Source: an uncultured Planctomycetia bacterium
GTDB taxonomy: Bacteria; Omnitrophota; Gorgyraeia; 2-02-FULL-51-18
Direction: 5' to 3'
DNA length: 64,000 bases
NCBI GenBank assembly: GCA_964431835.1
Contig: CAYSKO010000008.1
Span: 26,622-90,621 of the forward strand
The position numbers and the translations under genes are program-made. Positions 32,223 through 42,287 of the stretch are shown piece by piece (the first letter of the stretch is position 1; every line of letters starts with the position of its first letter). The notes under the pieces are model-generated. The model had not been told where the DNA came from, did no database searches, and worked only from the letters and a program-made list of their open reading frames with translations.

Positions 32223-33245
32223 ATGCCGATAGAGACTCAGCCAAAGAAGAATGCGCGCGCCGCCGTGACCGTGAACCATCACGCGGTGAAAGAGTTCATG
32301 ACGCATAACTACCGGCATTTCAACTCCGCCGTCGTTATCGACGCGTCCCAGGCGTACGTGGATCATCTCAAGGCCGGCAACAAGATGATGGTCACGCTGG
32401 CCGGCGCGATGAGCACGGCCGAGCTCGGCATCTCGCTTGCTCAGATGATCCGCGAGGACAAGGTGCACGCGATCACGTCCACCGGCGCGAACCTCGAAGA
32501 AGACATCTTCAATCTCGTCGCGCACGACCACTACAAGCGCGTCCCGCACTACCGCAACCTCACCGCCGCCGAGGAAGTCGAGCTCCGGAACGGCGGCTGG
32601 AACCGCGTCACCGACACCTGTATCCCCGAAGAAGAGGCTATGCGCCGCATCGAGCGCCAGGTCCTCAAGTTCTGGCAGAAAGCGGATAAGGAAAACCAGC
32701 GCTATTTCCCGTACGAATACATGTACCAGCTCCTGCGCAGCGGCACGATCAACGAGTCGTTCCAGATCGATCCCAAGGATTCGTGGGTCATGGCCGCCTG
32801 CGAGAAGAATATCCCGATCTGGACGCCGGGCTGGGAAGATTCGACTCTCGGAAACATCTTCGTCGCCAACGTCCAGAAGAAGGAAGTCTCGAAATTCTCC
32901 GTCGTGAAGCACGGCGTCGAGCTCATGGACGACCTCATCCACTGGTACAAGAAAAACACATCGTCCAAGTCGGTTGGTTTCTTCCAGATCGGCGGCGGCA
33001 TCGCCGGCGATTTCCCGATCTGCGTCGTGCCGCTCATCGAGCAGGACCTGAAGGAAAAGGTCCGTCTCTGGGGTTACTTCTGCCAGATCTCCGATTCGAC
33101 GACCTCCTACGGGTCGTACAGCGGCGCGGTCCCGAACGAGAAGATCACTTGGGGCAAGCTCGACGGCGACACGCCGCGTTTCGTGATCGAGTCCGACGCC
33201 TCGATCGTGGCGCCGCTCGTCTTCTCTTACGTCCTCGCTTCGTAA
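32223..33245 (+). CDS. Deoxyhypusine synthase-like protein (DHS family).
   Basis: ~341 aa. Motifs HNYRHFNS, LAGAMSTAELG and ITSTGANLEEDI resemble the DHS/homospermidine-synthase fold. ATG 32223 has a GAGGGA SD 4 nt upstream; the alternative ATG 32211 lacks a well-spaced SD. Confidence 0.5.
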   Translation: MPIETQPKKNARAAVTVNHHAVKEFMTHNYRHFNSAVVIDASQAYVDHLKAGNKMMVTLAGAMSTAELGISLAQMIREDKVHAITSTGANLEEDIFNLVAHDHYKRVPHYRNLTAAEEVELRNGGWNRVTDTCIPEEEAMRRIERQVLKFWQKADKENQRYFPYEYMYQLLRSGTINESFQIDPKDSWVMAACEKNIPIWTPGWEDSTLGNIFVANVQKKEVSKFSVVKHGVELMDDLIHWYKKNTSSKSVGFFQIGGGIAGDFPICVVPLIEQDLKEKVRLWGYFCQISDSTTSYGSYSGAVPNEKITWGKLDGDTPRFVIESDASIVAPLVFSYVLAS

Positions 33246-33273
33246 AACCGGCCGCGGCCGGAGGGACTAGCCA

Positions 33274-34065
33274 TTGACTCCCGCCGCCGCGGTCGCCGCC
33301 GTTCCGCCGCCCTCCGAGCGCGCTTCGCGTAAGCGCCGCACGTCTCCCGATTTCCACGTCGAAACGCGTTTCGGGCTGATCTACGAAGACGACCACTACC
33401 TCGTTCTCGACAAGCCCGCTCCCTTGGCCGTCTATCCCGTGGGCTGCTACGCGGATTTAAATCTCCATTCGCTCGTGAAACGCGATTGGCGTTGGAAGGA
33501 CACCGACGTGCGTTTCGCGCACCGCTTGGACGCCGAGACGAGCGGCGTGATCCTCGCGGCCAAATCCCATGAGGCGGCGCGTTTCGCCGGGATCGAGTTC
33601 CTGAAGGGCCGCGTGAAGAAGATGTACCGCGCCGTGGTCTTCGGCGTTCCCATCGCGTCCGCCGGATTGATCGACGTTCCTCTCGGCTACGACCGCAGCT
33701 CCGGTTTTCAGGCGATTCGGGTCGCCGATCGAGCGGGGGAGCGCGCGGTGACTCGGTGGCGCCTCGTCTCATCGGACGGCGCCTATTCGGAGCTCGACGT
33801 CGAGCCCGTGACGGGCCGCACGCATCAGATCCGTGTGCACCTTTCCTTGATCGGCCACCCGATCGTCGGAGACAAGATCTACGTCGACCCGTCTCTTTTC
33901 CCGCGCTACGTGGAAAGCGGCATCGACGCGTACATCCTCTCCCGCATCAAGCTTCCGCGGCTGGCGCTGCACGCCAAGAGACTCGCGCTGTCGCATCCGG
34001 CGATGCGCGAGGAGGTCGTTTTCGAATCCCAGCCACCCGACTTTCTTTCGGAGATCCCGCGATGA
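33274..34065 (+). CDS. RluA-family pseudouridine synthase.
   Basis: Catalytic motif HRLDAETSGVILAAK and GRTHQIRVHL. TTG start (uncertain). Stop TGA at 34063-34065 overlaps the next gene's ATG. Confidence 0.8.
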   Translation: MTPAAAVAAVPPPSERASRKRRTSPDFHVETRFGLIYEDDHYLVLDKPAPLAVYPVGCYADLNLHSLVKRDWRWKDTDVRFAHRLDAETSGVILAAKSHEAARFAGIEFLKGRVKKMYRAVVFGVPIASAGLIDVPLGYDRSSGFQAIRVADRAGERAVTRWRLVSSDGAYSELDVEPVTGRTHQIRVHLSLIGHPIVGDKIYVDPSLFPRYVESGIDAYILSRIKLPRLALHAKRLALSHPAMREEVVFESQPPDFLSEIPR

Positions 34066-35084
34066 GACCGAGTCCGCAAGATTACGCCCGCTACCTGAAA
34101 GACCTCGCCTCCCTGATCAAGGAAGAAGCGCCGGAGCTGCCCGAGGACCAAGTCGCGCAGGAGATGCTCGTCAATATCGCGCGCGTGCGGGAGGAGCATT
34201 TCGACATGGGCGACATGCGGCTCCTAAACACGGCGTTTAAAGAGCTCCGCTACGCGCTCAAAGTGTTCAAACCCTACCGCGCGGTCCCGAAAGCGGCCGT
34301 GTTTGGCTCGGCGCGCACGCCGCAGGATCATCCGAACTTCAAGTTCGCGGCCGAGTACGGAAAGAAGCTCTCGAAGAAGGGGTGGATGATCATCACCGGC
34401 GGCGCGAGCGGCATCATGGAGGCCGCGATGGTCGGTGCTGGCGCCGAATCGAGCTTCGGCCTCAACATCCTGCTTCCGTTCGAACAGAGCGCGAACGCCG
34501 TCATCATGGGGAACCAGAAACTCGTCTTCTTCAAGTACTTCTTCACGCGCAAGCTTATGTTCTTGAAGGAATCGCACGCGACGGTCCTTTTCCCCGGCGG
34601 TTTCGGTACGTTCGACGAAGGATTCGAATCGTTCACGCTCGTCCAGACCGGAAAGGCGCGGCCTCGGCCGCTTCACCTCCTCGACGTTCCGGGAAGCGAG
34701 TTCTGGAGCTCGACCCTCGATCTTTTCCGGAAGAACCTGGGAGGGGACAAACTCGTGTCGCCCGCCGACTTTTCGCTGATCGAACATTTCCAGGACACCG
34801 ACCGCGCGATCGAGAGCCTGCTGCGCTTCTACGGCAACTACGATTCGTCCCGATTCCTTCGCGACCGCTACCTGATCCGTCTCCGGAGGCCCGTGACCGC
34901 GTCGCTCCTCGAGAAGCTCACTTCCGAATTCGGGGATATCTTGAGCCAAGGGGGCTTCGAACGGCTCCAGGACGCTTCAGAAGACGACGTGAAGGACCCC
35001 GCGCTCGAGCGGATTGTCTTTTATTTCGACAAGACGGGTTACGCCCGCCTCCGTCAGCTGATCGACCGCTTAAACGAGGTCTGA
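34062..35084 (+). CDS. LOG-family (TIGR00730) Rossmann-fold nucleotide-binding protein with N- and C-terminal extensions.
   Basis: GGASGIMEA and PGGFGTFDEGFE (LOG PGGxGTxxE motif). ATG 34062 overlaps the RluA stop (ATGA). The listed 442-aa ORF from 33756 is rejected as an artefactual upstream extension. Confidence 0.7.
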   Translation: MRPSPQDYARYLKDLASLIKEEAPELPEDQVAQEMLVNIARVREEHFDMGDMRLLNTAFKELRYALKVFKPYRAVPKAAVFGSARTPQDHPNFKFAAEYGKKLSKKGWMIITGGASGIMEAAMVGAGAESSFGLNILLPFEQSANAVIMGNQKLVFFKYFFTRKLMFLKESHATVLFPGGFGTFDEGFESFTLVQTGKARPRPLHLLDVPGSEFWSSTLDLFRKNLGGDKLVSPADFSLIEHFQDTDRAIESLLRFYGNYDSSRFLRDRYLIRLRRPVTASLLEKLTSEFGDILSQGGFERLQDASEDDVKDPALERIVFYFDKTGYARLRQLIDRLNEV

Positions 35085-35095
35085 CCCTCTCCGTC

Positions 35096-35124
35096 TTGAC
35101 GAAAAGGGCGGGTCCGGGTATCCT
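35096..35124 (+). promoter_or_regulatory. Candidate promoter: TTGACG-N17-TATCCT.
   Basis: Read directly from the intergenic region upstream of the OmpA/LysM gene. The -10 element is weak. Confidence 0.25.
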
Positions 35125-35195
35125 AAAAGGCTATAGGTCGCTCCGCCGGCCCTTACCGCAACTAAAAAAGATTCCCAAAAACGAAGGTGGTCTGA

Positions 35196-36316
35196 TGATG
35201 CGCACGCTGAAACACTCTCTTTTGGTCCTACCTCTCTTTCTCCTGACGTCAGCGGCCGCGTACGCGGATTCCGCCGAGACAGCGTCCGAAACGGCCTACG
35301 GCAACGAGGACCCTTCGGCGCTCGGCCAATTCCCGCGCGCGGAAGTTTCTGCGATGCCGGCGAACGCCTCTCTGCAGGCCGCCCAAGCCGCTCAGCTGGA
35401 CGCCCAGACTCCGCAATCCGACCCCGTGCAGCCCGCTCCGGCCCGTGCCGGGAAAGTGGCCTCCGCGGATGGTTCTGCTCAGCAGTTCCCGAAGGCGCGC
35501 ACGCAGGAAGAGGAAGACTTCGCCAAGAAATTCGCCTGGTGGCCGACCGACGCAAAGCCCGCGCCCGTCAAAGATCCGAACCGCAGCGGTTATTGGTGGT
35601 GGCCCGACGTTCCGGGCGAGGCACGTCCGTGGGGCAACCAAGGTTGGGTCTACGTCCGTAAGATCATCTTCGATTACAAGAGCTCCGACGGGGAGATGAA
35701 GCCTTCGCTCGTCATCAAGAAGGTTCTCCGCAACGTGAAGATCTTCTACGACTACAACAAGTCGGAGCTTCGCGAAGACGCGCGCCAGGTCCTCGACAAG
35801 GCGCTCTATACGCTCGAGAAGAACCAGAACACCGACATCCTCATCACGGGCAACGCCGACCAGCGCGGATCGAACGAATACAATCTCAAGCTCGGCGAAC
35901 GACGCGCAGACACGGTGAAGCAGTATCTGCTCGAGCAGGGCCTGCCCGAGGCGCGCATCCGCATTCTTTCCCGCGGAAAGCTCGACGCCATGGCGCCGAC
36001 GAACGATCTCGAGGGCATGCAGCTCGACCGCAACGCGCAGTTCATGATCGCAGAAGTCGAGGAAGTCATGATCCCGGCCTCGAAGGCGCATCTCTTCCAG
36101 GACAAGATCGTCGAAGAGAAGCAGGAGCTCCAGAGCGAGGTCCAGGTCGACGTGAAAGAATACACGATCCAGACCGGCGACTCGCTGTGGGCCATCGCCA
36201 AGCGCGAATACGGCGACGGCATGCAGTGGAAGCGCATCTACGAATTCAATAAAGACGTCATTTCCAACCCGGATCGCCCCAAAAAGGGCACGAAGATCCG
36301 CATCCCGATCGAGTAA
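35196..36316 (+). CDS. OmpA-family peptidoglycan-associated protein with a C-terminal LysM domain.
   Basis: Signal peptide MMRTLKHSLLVLPLFLLTSAAAYA. OmpA-like core ITGNADQRGSNEYNLKLGERRADTVKQYL. LysM YTIQTGDSLWAIAKREYGDGMQWKRIYEFN. SD GAAGGTGG. Confidence 0.8.
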
Positions 36317-36344
36317 AAAGGTCCTAAAAGGAGAATAACGCGAA

Positions 36345-37046
36345 ATGGAACATAAGATCGTCACTTCGGGTTCGCGGGCGGTTTCGTCCGAATCCGACTT
36401 CATCTCGAAGGTCTACCTTTGGATGTCGTTGGGCCTGGCGGTCTCCGCCATCGCTTCGGCTTGGCTGCTCACTCAGCCGGCGTTGCTTAAGGCGATCTTC
36501 ACGAACGGCATCCTGCTCATCGGCATCGTGCTGGTCGAGCTCGGTCTCGTGTTCTGGTTGTCGGCGCGGGCGATGCATATGAGCCCGACCGCAGCGACCG
36601 GCGCGTTCCTCGGTTATTCGTTCCTAAACGGCATCACGCTCACCTCGATCTTCCTCGTGTACACGGGCGCGTCGATTCTGACGACGTTCGCGGTCGCGAC
36701 GGGGACGTTCTTCTTCTTCAGCGTTTACGGCCGGACCACCCAGAGGGACCTGACGAACGTCGGCGGCATCGCGATGATGGGCCTCATCGGCATCGTGATC
36801 GCGAGCCTCGTGAACCTGTTCCTCAAGTCGAGCGGGCTCATGTGGGCGACGACGTTCATCGGCATCGCGGTGTTCATGGCTCTCATCGCCTACGACACGC
36901 AGAAACTGAAGGAAATGTACGCTGCGGGGGCGCAAGACGCCGCTTCCGAGAAGAAGCTCGCGATCCTGGGCGCGCTCCGGTTGTACCTCGACTTCATCAA
37001 CCTTTTCCTTATGCTCCTCCGTATTTTCGGGAAGGGCAGAGATTAA
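36345..37046 (+). CDS. Bax-inhibitor-1/YccA family membrane protein.
   Basis: 233 aa with ~7 predicted TM helices and a BI-1-like profile. SD AAAGGAG 7 nt upstream of the ATG. Confidence 0.65.
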   Translation: MEHKIVTSGSRAVSSESDFISKVYLWMSLGLAVSAIASAWLLTQPALLKAIFTNGILLIGIVLVELGLVFWLSARAMHMSPTAATGAFLGYSFLNGITLTSIFLVYTGASILTTFAVATGTFFFFSVYGRTTQRDLTNVGGIAMMGLIGIVIASLVNLFLKSSGLMWATTFIGIAVFMALIAYDTQKLKEMYAAGAQDAASEKKLAILGALRLYLDFINLFLMLLRIFGKGRD

Positions 37047-37070
37047 TTCGATTCGGACAACCGCTTAAGA

Positions 37071-37105
37071 GGGGAGCTGGGCGCTCAAGCGACCGGCTCC
37101 CCTTT
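37071..37105 (+). terminator. Candidate rho-independent terminator after the BI-1 gene.
   Basis: GGGGAGC (37071-37077) pairs with GCTCCCC (37096-37102) around an 18-nt loop, followed by TTTCGGTT. The large loop lowers confidence. Confidence 0.35.
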
Positions 37106-37126
37106 CGGTTATCCGGCGGACAAAGA

Positions 37127-38857
37127 ATGTCACTGACTTTAAAAAAGGTCGAACGCCCGCGCGAGCTCAAGTGGTACCAAGCGAGCTCGCTCTTGTACGG
37201 GGATTGGGGCACCTCGAAGGCGTACGTGCTGGGCCTCGCGTTTGCGATCTCGGGCCACGCCTCGATGTTCTTCCTGTTCGCGATGAGCGCCCTCACGGTG
37301 CTCATCGGTTACTGCTACACCATCCTCTGTAAGGCGTATCCGGACGGAGGAGGCGTTTACTCCGCCCTGCGCACGCGCTCACGCACGCTCGCCGTGGTGG
37401 GCGCGCTTCTTCTGGTGGCCGACTATGTCATCACCGCGTCTCTCTCGAGCCTAGCCGCCTTCCACTATCTCGGCTGGCCTCATCCCGAACTCTTCGCCAT
37501 CGTCGCGCTCTGCCTGATCGGGCTCGTAAACGTGGTCGGCCCCACGAAGAGCGGCAATGCCGCGGCGATCATCGCGGTGCCGGTGCTCATCATCCTTTCG
37601 ATCCTGTGCGCGGCGGTGCTCCCCAGCCTGCGCGACATGCAGGTCGCTTTGCCGCAGGGAGGCTTCTTCGAGAATTGGACCAAATTCACGGGAATCGTGC
37701 TCGCGCTCTCCGGCGTCGAGGCAATCGCCAACGTGACCGGCATCATGGTCGAACCGGTCAAGAAGACGGCCAAGAAAGCCATCGTCCCCGTGATGATCGA
37801 GGTCACGGTCGTCTCGCTTATCCTCGGCGCCGCGATGAACGCGATACCCGGCCTCGAGGGGCGCACCGAGGACATGATCCGAGCGATCGGCGAGTATTAC
37901 GTGGGAGACTGGTTCGGAAGCCTAATCGGCGCGGTCTTGAGCCTTCTTCTCATCTCGGCCGCGAACACCGCTATCATGGGCCTCATCAGCGTCCTCTTCC
38001 TCATGTCGAAGGATAAGGAGTTGCCGCCCGTTTTCAGCTCGCTGAATCGCTACGGAATGCCCTGGTTCAGCCTTTGGCTCGGCGTCGCGGTCCCGGCGTT
38101 CGTCCTCCTTCTCGAGCACGACCTTGAACGGCTGGCCGCGCTTTATGCGATCGGCGTCGTCGGCGCGATCGCGATCAACTTGGGCGCGTGCGCCACGAAC
38201 AAAGACGTCTCGGTGAAGCGCGCGGAGCGCTGGGTGCTTGGCTTTGCCGCCGTCATCATGGTGCTCGTCGAGCTCACGATCATCTACGAGAAGCACCACG
38301 CGGTGATATTTGCGACTTCCGTTCTCGTGATCGGCATGTCGGCCCGCGCGGCCGCCAAGTGGTTTGAGGCGCGGCGCGTGGTGGTCCCGGCGGTGCTGGG
38401 CGTGAACGTACTGACTCTCGAGGAGGCACGCGACCTCATGCCGCTTTACAAAGGTTCGACGCTCGTGGCGATCAAGGGCGTGAGCCCGTCGCTCATCGAG
38501 GAAGCCGTTCTCCACGCCAAGGGCAAGGAGGAAGAGGTGGTTTACACGCTCTTCGTCGAGGAGAAGCCCCCGGGATGGGCGTACCCGACCGAAGTCGAGC
38601 CGTCGGACGAAGCGGTGCGTGTCCTCAACGAAGCCAACGAAGCGTTCCAGAAGCGAGGCATCACCGCTGTGCCTCTCTGGAATCTGGGGGAGGACCCGGG
38701 TGGGCTCATCGTCAAGACCGCCCGCGAACTCAATCTCGACACCGTCATGATCGGCGCCACCAAGCGAGGCGCCCTCGAGCGCCTGATGCGCGGCGAAGTG
38801 CTGAAGAGAATTTCGGAACAACTTCCGAGCGACAAACACCTGGTGATCTGCAACTAA
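37127..38857 (+). CDS. APC-superfamily transporter (amino-acid permease or Kup-like K+ transporter) fused to a C-terminal universal stress protein (UspA) domain.
   Basis: 577 aa. N-terminus [15 protein letters not shown] resembles the Kup motif VYGDIGTSPLY. About 12 TM segments. C-terminal ~150 aa is Usp-like ([20 protein letters not shown]). The listed ORF from 36842 is rejected as an extension. Confidence 0.6.
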   Translation: MSLTLKKVERPRELKWYQASSLLYGDWGTSKAYVLGLAFAISGHASMFFLFAMSALTVLIGYCYTILCKAYPDGGGVYSALRTRSRTLAVVGALLLVADYVITASLSSLAAFHYLGWPHPELFAIVALCLIGLVNVVGPTKSGNAAAIIAVPVLIILSILCAAVLPSLRDMQVALPQGGFFENWTKFTGIVLALSGVEAIANVTGIMVEPVKKTAKKAIVPVMIEVTVVSLILGAAMNAIPGLEGRTEDMIRAIGEYYVGDWFGSLIGAVLSLLLISAANTAIMGLISVLFLMSKDKELPPVFSSLNRYGMPWFSLWLGVAVPAFVLLLEHDLERLAALYAIGVVGAIAINLGACATNKDVSVKRAERWVLGFAAVIMVLVELTIIYEKHHAVIFATSVLVIGMSARAAAKWFEARRVVVPAVLGVNVLTLEEARDLMPLYKGSTLVAIKGVSPSLIEEAVLHAKGKEEEVVYTLFVEEKPPGWAYPTEVEPSDEAVRVLNEANEAFQKRGITAVPLWNLGEDPGGLIVKTARELNLDTVMIGATKRGALERLMRGEVLKRISEQLPSDKHLVICN

Positions 38858-38867
38858 GGAGTCCCGA

Positions 38868-39494
38868 ATGCCTTTCCTCGTTCTCGTACGTCACGGCGAA
38901 TCGCAGTGGAATCTGGAAAACCGCTTTACGGGATGGGTCGACGTGCCGCTGTCGCCGAAGGGCGAAGGCGAGGCGACCGCGGCGGGAGAACGCCTCAAAA
39001 AGACCGGAATCAAATTCGACCAGGCGTATACCTCGAACCTTCAGCGCGCGCAGAACACGCTGAAGAGCATCCTGGCTGTCCTCGGGCAAGAAAGCCTCCC
39101 CGTCGTGAGGGACCAGGCCCTCAACGAGCGCCATTACGGCGACCTGCAGGGCCTCGACAAAGCAGAAACCGCGAAGAAGTACGGCGACGACCAAGTGAAG
39201 ATCTGGCGACGCTCCTACGACGTGCCGCCACCGAACGGGGAGAGCCTGAAGGACACGGCCGCCCGCACGCTGCCTTATTTCGAATCCGCGATCGTCGCCG
39301 ATCTGAAGGCGGGGAAGAACGTCATCGTCGCCGCCCATGGAAACAGCCTGCGCTCGATCGTCATGCACCTGGATAAGCTCACGAAAGAGCAGGTGCTCGA
39401 ACTCAACCTTGGAACCGCCGTTCCGCTCGTGTACGAACTGGATTCGAACCTCCGGATCGTCTCAAAAAAGGAGCTGGCGGCCGCGAAGGCCTGA
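38868..39494 (+). CDS. gpmA: 2,3-bisphosphoglycerate-dependent phosphoglycerate mutase.
   Basis: N-terminal [18 protein letters not shown] catalytic-His motif; 208 aa. Confidence 0.9.
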   Translation: MPFLVLVRHGESQWNLENRFTGWVDVPLSPKGEGEATAAGERLKKTGIKFDQAYTSNLQRAQNTLKSILAVLGQESLPVVRDQALNERHYGDLQGLDKAETAKKYGDDQVKIWRRSYDVPPPNGESLKDTAARTLPYFESAIVADLKAGKNVIVAAHGNSLRSIVMHLDKLTKEQVLELNLGTAVPLVYELDSNLRIVSKKELAAAKA

Positions 39495-39579
39495 ACTTAA
39501 AGCTGTTAATAATTGACGAAGATATTCATCTTCTGATAAAGTCGTTCCAAACGGGGACGACCCAGAAACGGAGGCAAGC

Positions 39580-40257
39580 GTGGACTGGCATACGACGATC
39601 GTGGATCCGGTAGAGGGAGTTTGGGCGAGGTCGCTGGCTTTCCTGCCGACGCTCATCATCGTCATTCTGATCCTCATCATCGGCTGGATGTTCGCCGCAT
39701 TCGCTCAGAAGGTGATCACGCGTTTCCTCAAGCTCGCGCGGCTCGACACCGTCAGCGAGAAGATCGGCATCTCCAATATCCTCACGAAGGGCGACATCAA
39801 CTACACGCTCTCCGAGATCATCGGCGTGCTCGTGTACTGGCTCCTCATGCTGATCGTGTTCCTCGCCGCAGTCAACGCGCTTCACCTGGACGTCGCGGCG
39901 CAGCTCCTCAACCAAGTCATTCTCTACATCCCGAGGGTGATCGCCGCCGTCTTCATCCTCGTTCTTGGCATTTTCTTTGCGAGCGTCGTAGCGAACACGG
40001 TGCGCACCGCCGCCGCCAACGCGGGCCTCTCGCAGGCGCGGAGCCTCGCGCAGTTCGCGCAGGTCGTGATCGTGATCTTCTCGATCATCGAGGCACTCAA
40101 GCAGCTTCACATCGACACGACGCTCTTCGACATGCTCGTGAAGGCTGTCCTCTTCGCGGTCGCGCTCGGTGTGGGCCTGGCGATCGGGCTTGGCTGCAAG
40201 GACATCGCCCAGCGGCACGTCCAGCAGCTGATCGACGGCTTCAAGCCCCGCAAGTGA
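39580..40257 (+). CDS. Conserved-TM-helix repeat membrane protein (MscS-associated TM_helix-like).
   Basis: GTG start with a GGAGG SD. Repeated TM helices of the form LxxxIPxLIxAxxILIIGW. Confidence 0.4.
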   Translation: MDWHTTIVDPVEGVWARSLAFLPTLIIVILILIIGWMFAAFAQKVITRFLKLARLDTVSEKIGISNILTKGDINYTLSEIIGVLVYWLLMLIVFLAAVNALHLDVAAQLLNQVILYIPRVIAAVFILVLGIFFASVVANTVRTAAANAGLSQARSLAQFAQVVIVIFSIIEALKQLHIDTTLFDMLVKAVLFAVALGVGLAIGLGCKDIAQRHVQQLIDGFKPRK

Positions 40258-40263
40258 GATGAA

Positions 40264-40821
40264 TTGAAGAAAAGCGCCGCCGTCTCCGCGCTTCTCGTCG
40301 CGCTGGCGCTCGCCGGCTGCTCTTCGTACGGTCCCGAAGAGCTCGACCGGCTTACGAAGGAGGACCCCGAGTTCAAGCAGATGATCGCCGCGCGCGACCG
40401 CATGAACACGCAGATCCGCCTCATCAAGGACGACCTCCTGAAACGTAAGCAGGCCGCGAACGCTGAAATCGCCCGGCGGCGTGCCGAATACGACACGTTC
40501 GCCCGCGCCGAGTCGATCAAGATCGAGAAGTACCGTGCGGTCATCGACGCGCACCGGAACGAGCTGAAGCGCGAGGTCGAAACGTCGGCCGCGCGGCTCG
40601 AGGCCAAGGAAGCGGAGCTTGACCGCCTGAAGAAGTCCCGTGAGGAAGTCGAGAAGGTCCTCTCGCAGTCCGGTGAAATCGCCCTTTCGAAGCCTGAGCG
40701 CGAAAAATGGGAGGAACGCCGTCTCCTTATCTCCGAGAAGATCCGTCCTCTCGAGGACGAGATTGCCGAAACGAAGGCGGCTATCCGCCTCAACAAGCGC
40801 AAGATAAGTTTTCTCCGCTAA
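40264..40821 (+). CDS. Hypothetical coiled-coil lipoprotein.
   Basis: TTG start. Lipobox LALAGC followed by Lys/Glu/Arg-rich heptad-like sequence. Confidence 0.45.
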   Translation: MKKSAAVSALLVALALAGCSSYGPEELDRLTKEDPEFKQMIAARDRMNTQIRLIKDDLLKRKQAANAEIARRRAEYDTFARAESIKIEKYRAVIDAHRNELKREVETSAARLEAKEAELDRLKKSREEVEKVLSQSGEIALSKPEREKWEERRLLISEKIRPLEDEIAETKAAIRLNKRKISFLR

Positions 40822-40832
40822 AAAAGAGCCCC

Positions 40833-42287
40833 TTGCCCGCACGGTCACCGTCCGCCGTTTTTTTTCGAAACCTCGATCCCCGCACGGACCCGTTCCGCGC
40901 TTTTCGCGCGCTGAAGGGGAAGGGGCCGGGGGCGCTTCTCGAGAGCGCCCGCGCTTCGCAGCGTTCGGGCCGCTGGTCGTTCGCGGCGGGCCGTCCGACG
41001 CGCATCCTGCGCGCGAAGGGCCGGCGCGTGGAGCTTCGCGGCCCCGGCGGTAGGCGCGTCTGGACGGGCGATCCGTTCGACGCACTCGCGCGCGAACTCG
41101 GCGGGCCGTGCGAAATTCCTCCTGGGGCCCCGCCTTTCTTCGGCGGTGCGATCGGAGTCGTGGGCTACGAAGCGAAGAATCTCCTTGAGCCGCACCTCCC
41201 TCAGACGGCGGCGGACGACCTGGGCCTACCCGACCTCTGCTTTCTTTTTTTTGACGAGGGGGTCGCCTTCGACGCAGCGGCCGGGCGCGCGACCGCCTTC
41301 CGTGTCGAGCGCGGCGGATCGGCCCGGACGGCCGGGAAACGGCTGGACGCCATCCAGCGCGTCCTCCGCGCGCCGCTCGCGGAGCCCGTTCTACCGCGCA
41401 CTCCCTCGACGGCAAGCGTGCGCCGCTCGACGCCGCGTGAGGCGTTTCTCGACTCCGTGAAGCGCGCCAAGCGCCATATCCGCGCCGGCGACGTGTTCCA
41501 GGTGAATCTTTCTCAGCGCCTCGACTTTCCGCTCGCCGGCGACGGACTTTCGACTTACGCGCGGCTCCGGAAACTCAATCCCTCGTCTTTTTTTGGTTTC
41601 TTCGACGCGGGCGATTTCCGGCTCGTCTCGGGTTCTCCTGAGCGGCTCGCGCGGCTCGACGGTGGCACTCTCGAGACGCGTCCGATCGCCGGCACGCGCC
41701 CGCGCGGCGAGACCGCCGCCGCGGACTCGGCTCTCACGAGGGAGCTTCTGCTCAGCCCCAAAGAACGCGCCGAGCACGTGATGCTGGTTGATCTCGAGCG
41801 GAACGATTTGGGACGCGTCTGCGAGTACGGTTCGGTCGCGGTGGACGAGCTCATGACACTCGAAGAGTACTCGCACGTGAAACACATCGTTTCGAACGTG
41901 AGCGGAACGCTCCGCCGCGGCTACGGTCCCGTCGATGCTTTGAAAGCGGTGTTCCCGGGCGGGACGATCACGGGCGCACCGAAAGTGCGCTGCATGGAAA
42001 TCATCGACGCGCTCGAGCCGGTCGCGCGCGGAGCTTACACCGGATCGCTCGGATACGTCTCGTACTCAGGTTCCATGGATTTCAATATCATCATCCGCAG
42101 CCTCGTGCTGAAAGCCGGAAGGGCGTACCTTCAGGCCGGCGCGGGGATCGTCGCGGATTCCGTCCCCGAAAGGGAGCATGACGAAACACTTTATAAGGCA
42201 GAGGCCGTTCTCAGTGCCGTCTTCGGCGCCGTCGGGGCACGCGGAATTCTCCGCCGCCTCGGAGCTCGACGCCGCGCATCTCGATAG
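40833..42287 (+). CDS. pabB: Chorismate-binding enzyme, aminodeoxychorismate synthase component I-like (PabB/TrpE family).
   Basis: LVDLERNDLGRV, GAYTGSLGYVSYSGSMDFNIIIRS and PKVRCMEII. Start is uncertain (TTG 40833 or later). Assigned to pabB rather than trpE because a class IV aminotransferase follows. Confidence 0.7.
   Translation: MPARSPSAVFFRNLDPRTDPFRAFRALKGKGPGALLESARASQRSGRWSFAAGRPTRILRAKGRRVELRGPGGRRVWTGDPFDALARELGGPCEIPPGAPPFFGGAIGVVGYEAKNLLEPHLPQTAADDLGLPDLCFLFFDEGVAFDAAAGRATAFRVERGGSARTAGKRLDAIQRVLRAPLAEPVLPRTPSTASVRRSTPREAFLDSVKRAKRHIRAGDVFQVNLSQRLDFPLAGDGLSTYARLRKLNPSSFFGFFDAGDFRLVSGSPERLARLDGGTLETRPIAGTRPRGETAAADSALTRELLLSPKERAEHVMLVDLERNDLGRVCEYGSVAVDELMTLEEYSHVKHIVSNVSGTLRRGYGPVDALKAVFPGGTITGAPKVRCMEIIDALEPVARGAYTGSLGYVSYSGSMDFNIIIRSLVLKAGRAYLQAGAGIVADSVPEREHDETLYKAEAVLSAVFGAVGARGILRRLGARRRASR

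Noticed and set aside
33756-35084. Listed 442-aa ORF as the LOG-family gene.
   Set aside because: The upstream part overlaps the RluA-family gene in another frame. ATG 34062, overlapping the RluA stop, gives a 341-aa LOG protein.
34382-36316. 644-aa ORF spanning the LOG gene tail and the OmpA/LysM gene.
   Set aside because: The upstream portion is an alternate-frame artefact. The real start is ATG 35196, with an SD and a signal peptide.
36842-38857. 671-aa extended ORF for the transporter.
   Set aside because: The upstream part overlaps the BI-1 gene and a terminator. ATG 37127 gives a protein beginning at the conserved KWYQ...GDWGTS N-terminus.
39441-39451. tRNA T-arm-like GGTTCGAATCC on the minus strand.
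   Set aside because: It lies inside the gpmA coding sequence, and flanking sequence does not form a T-stem, acceptor stem or anticodon arm.
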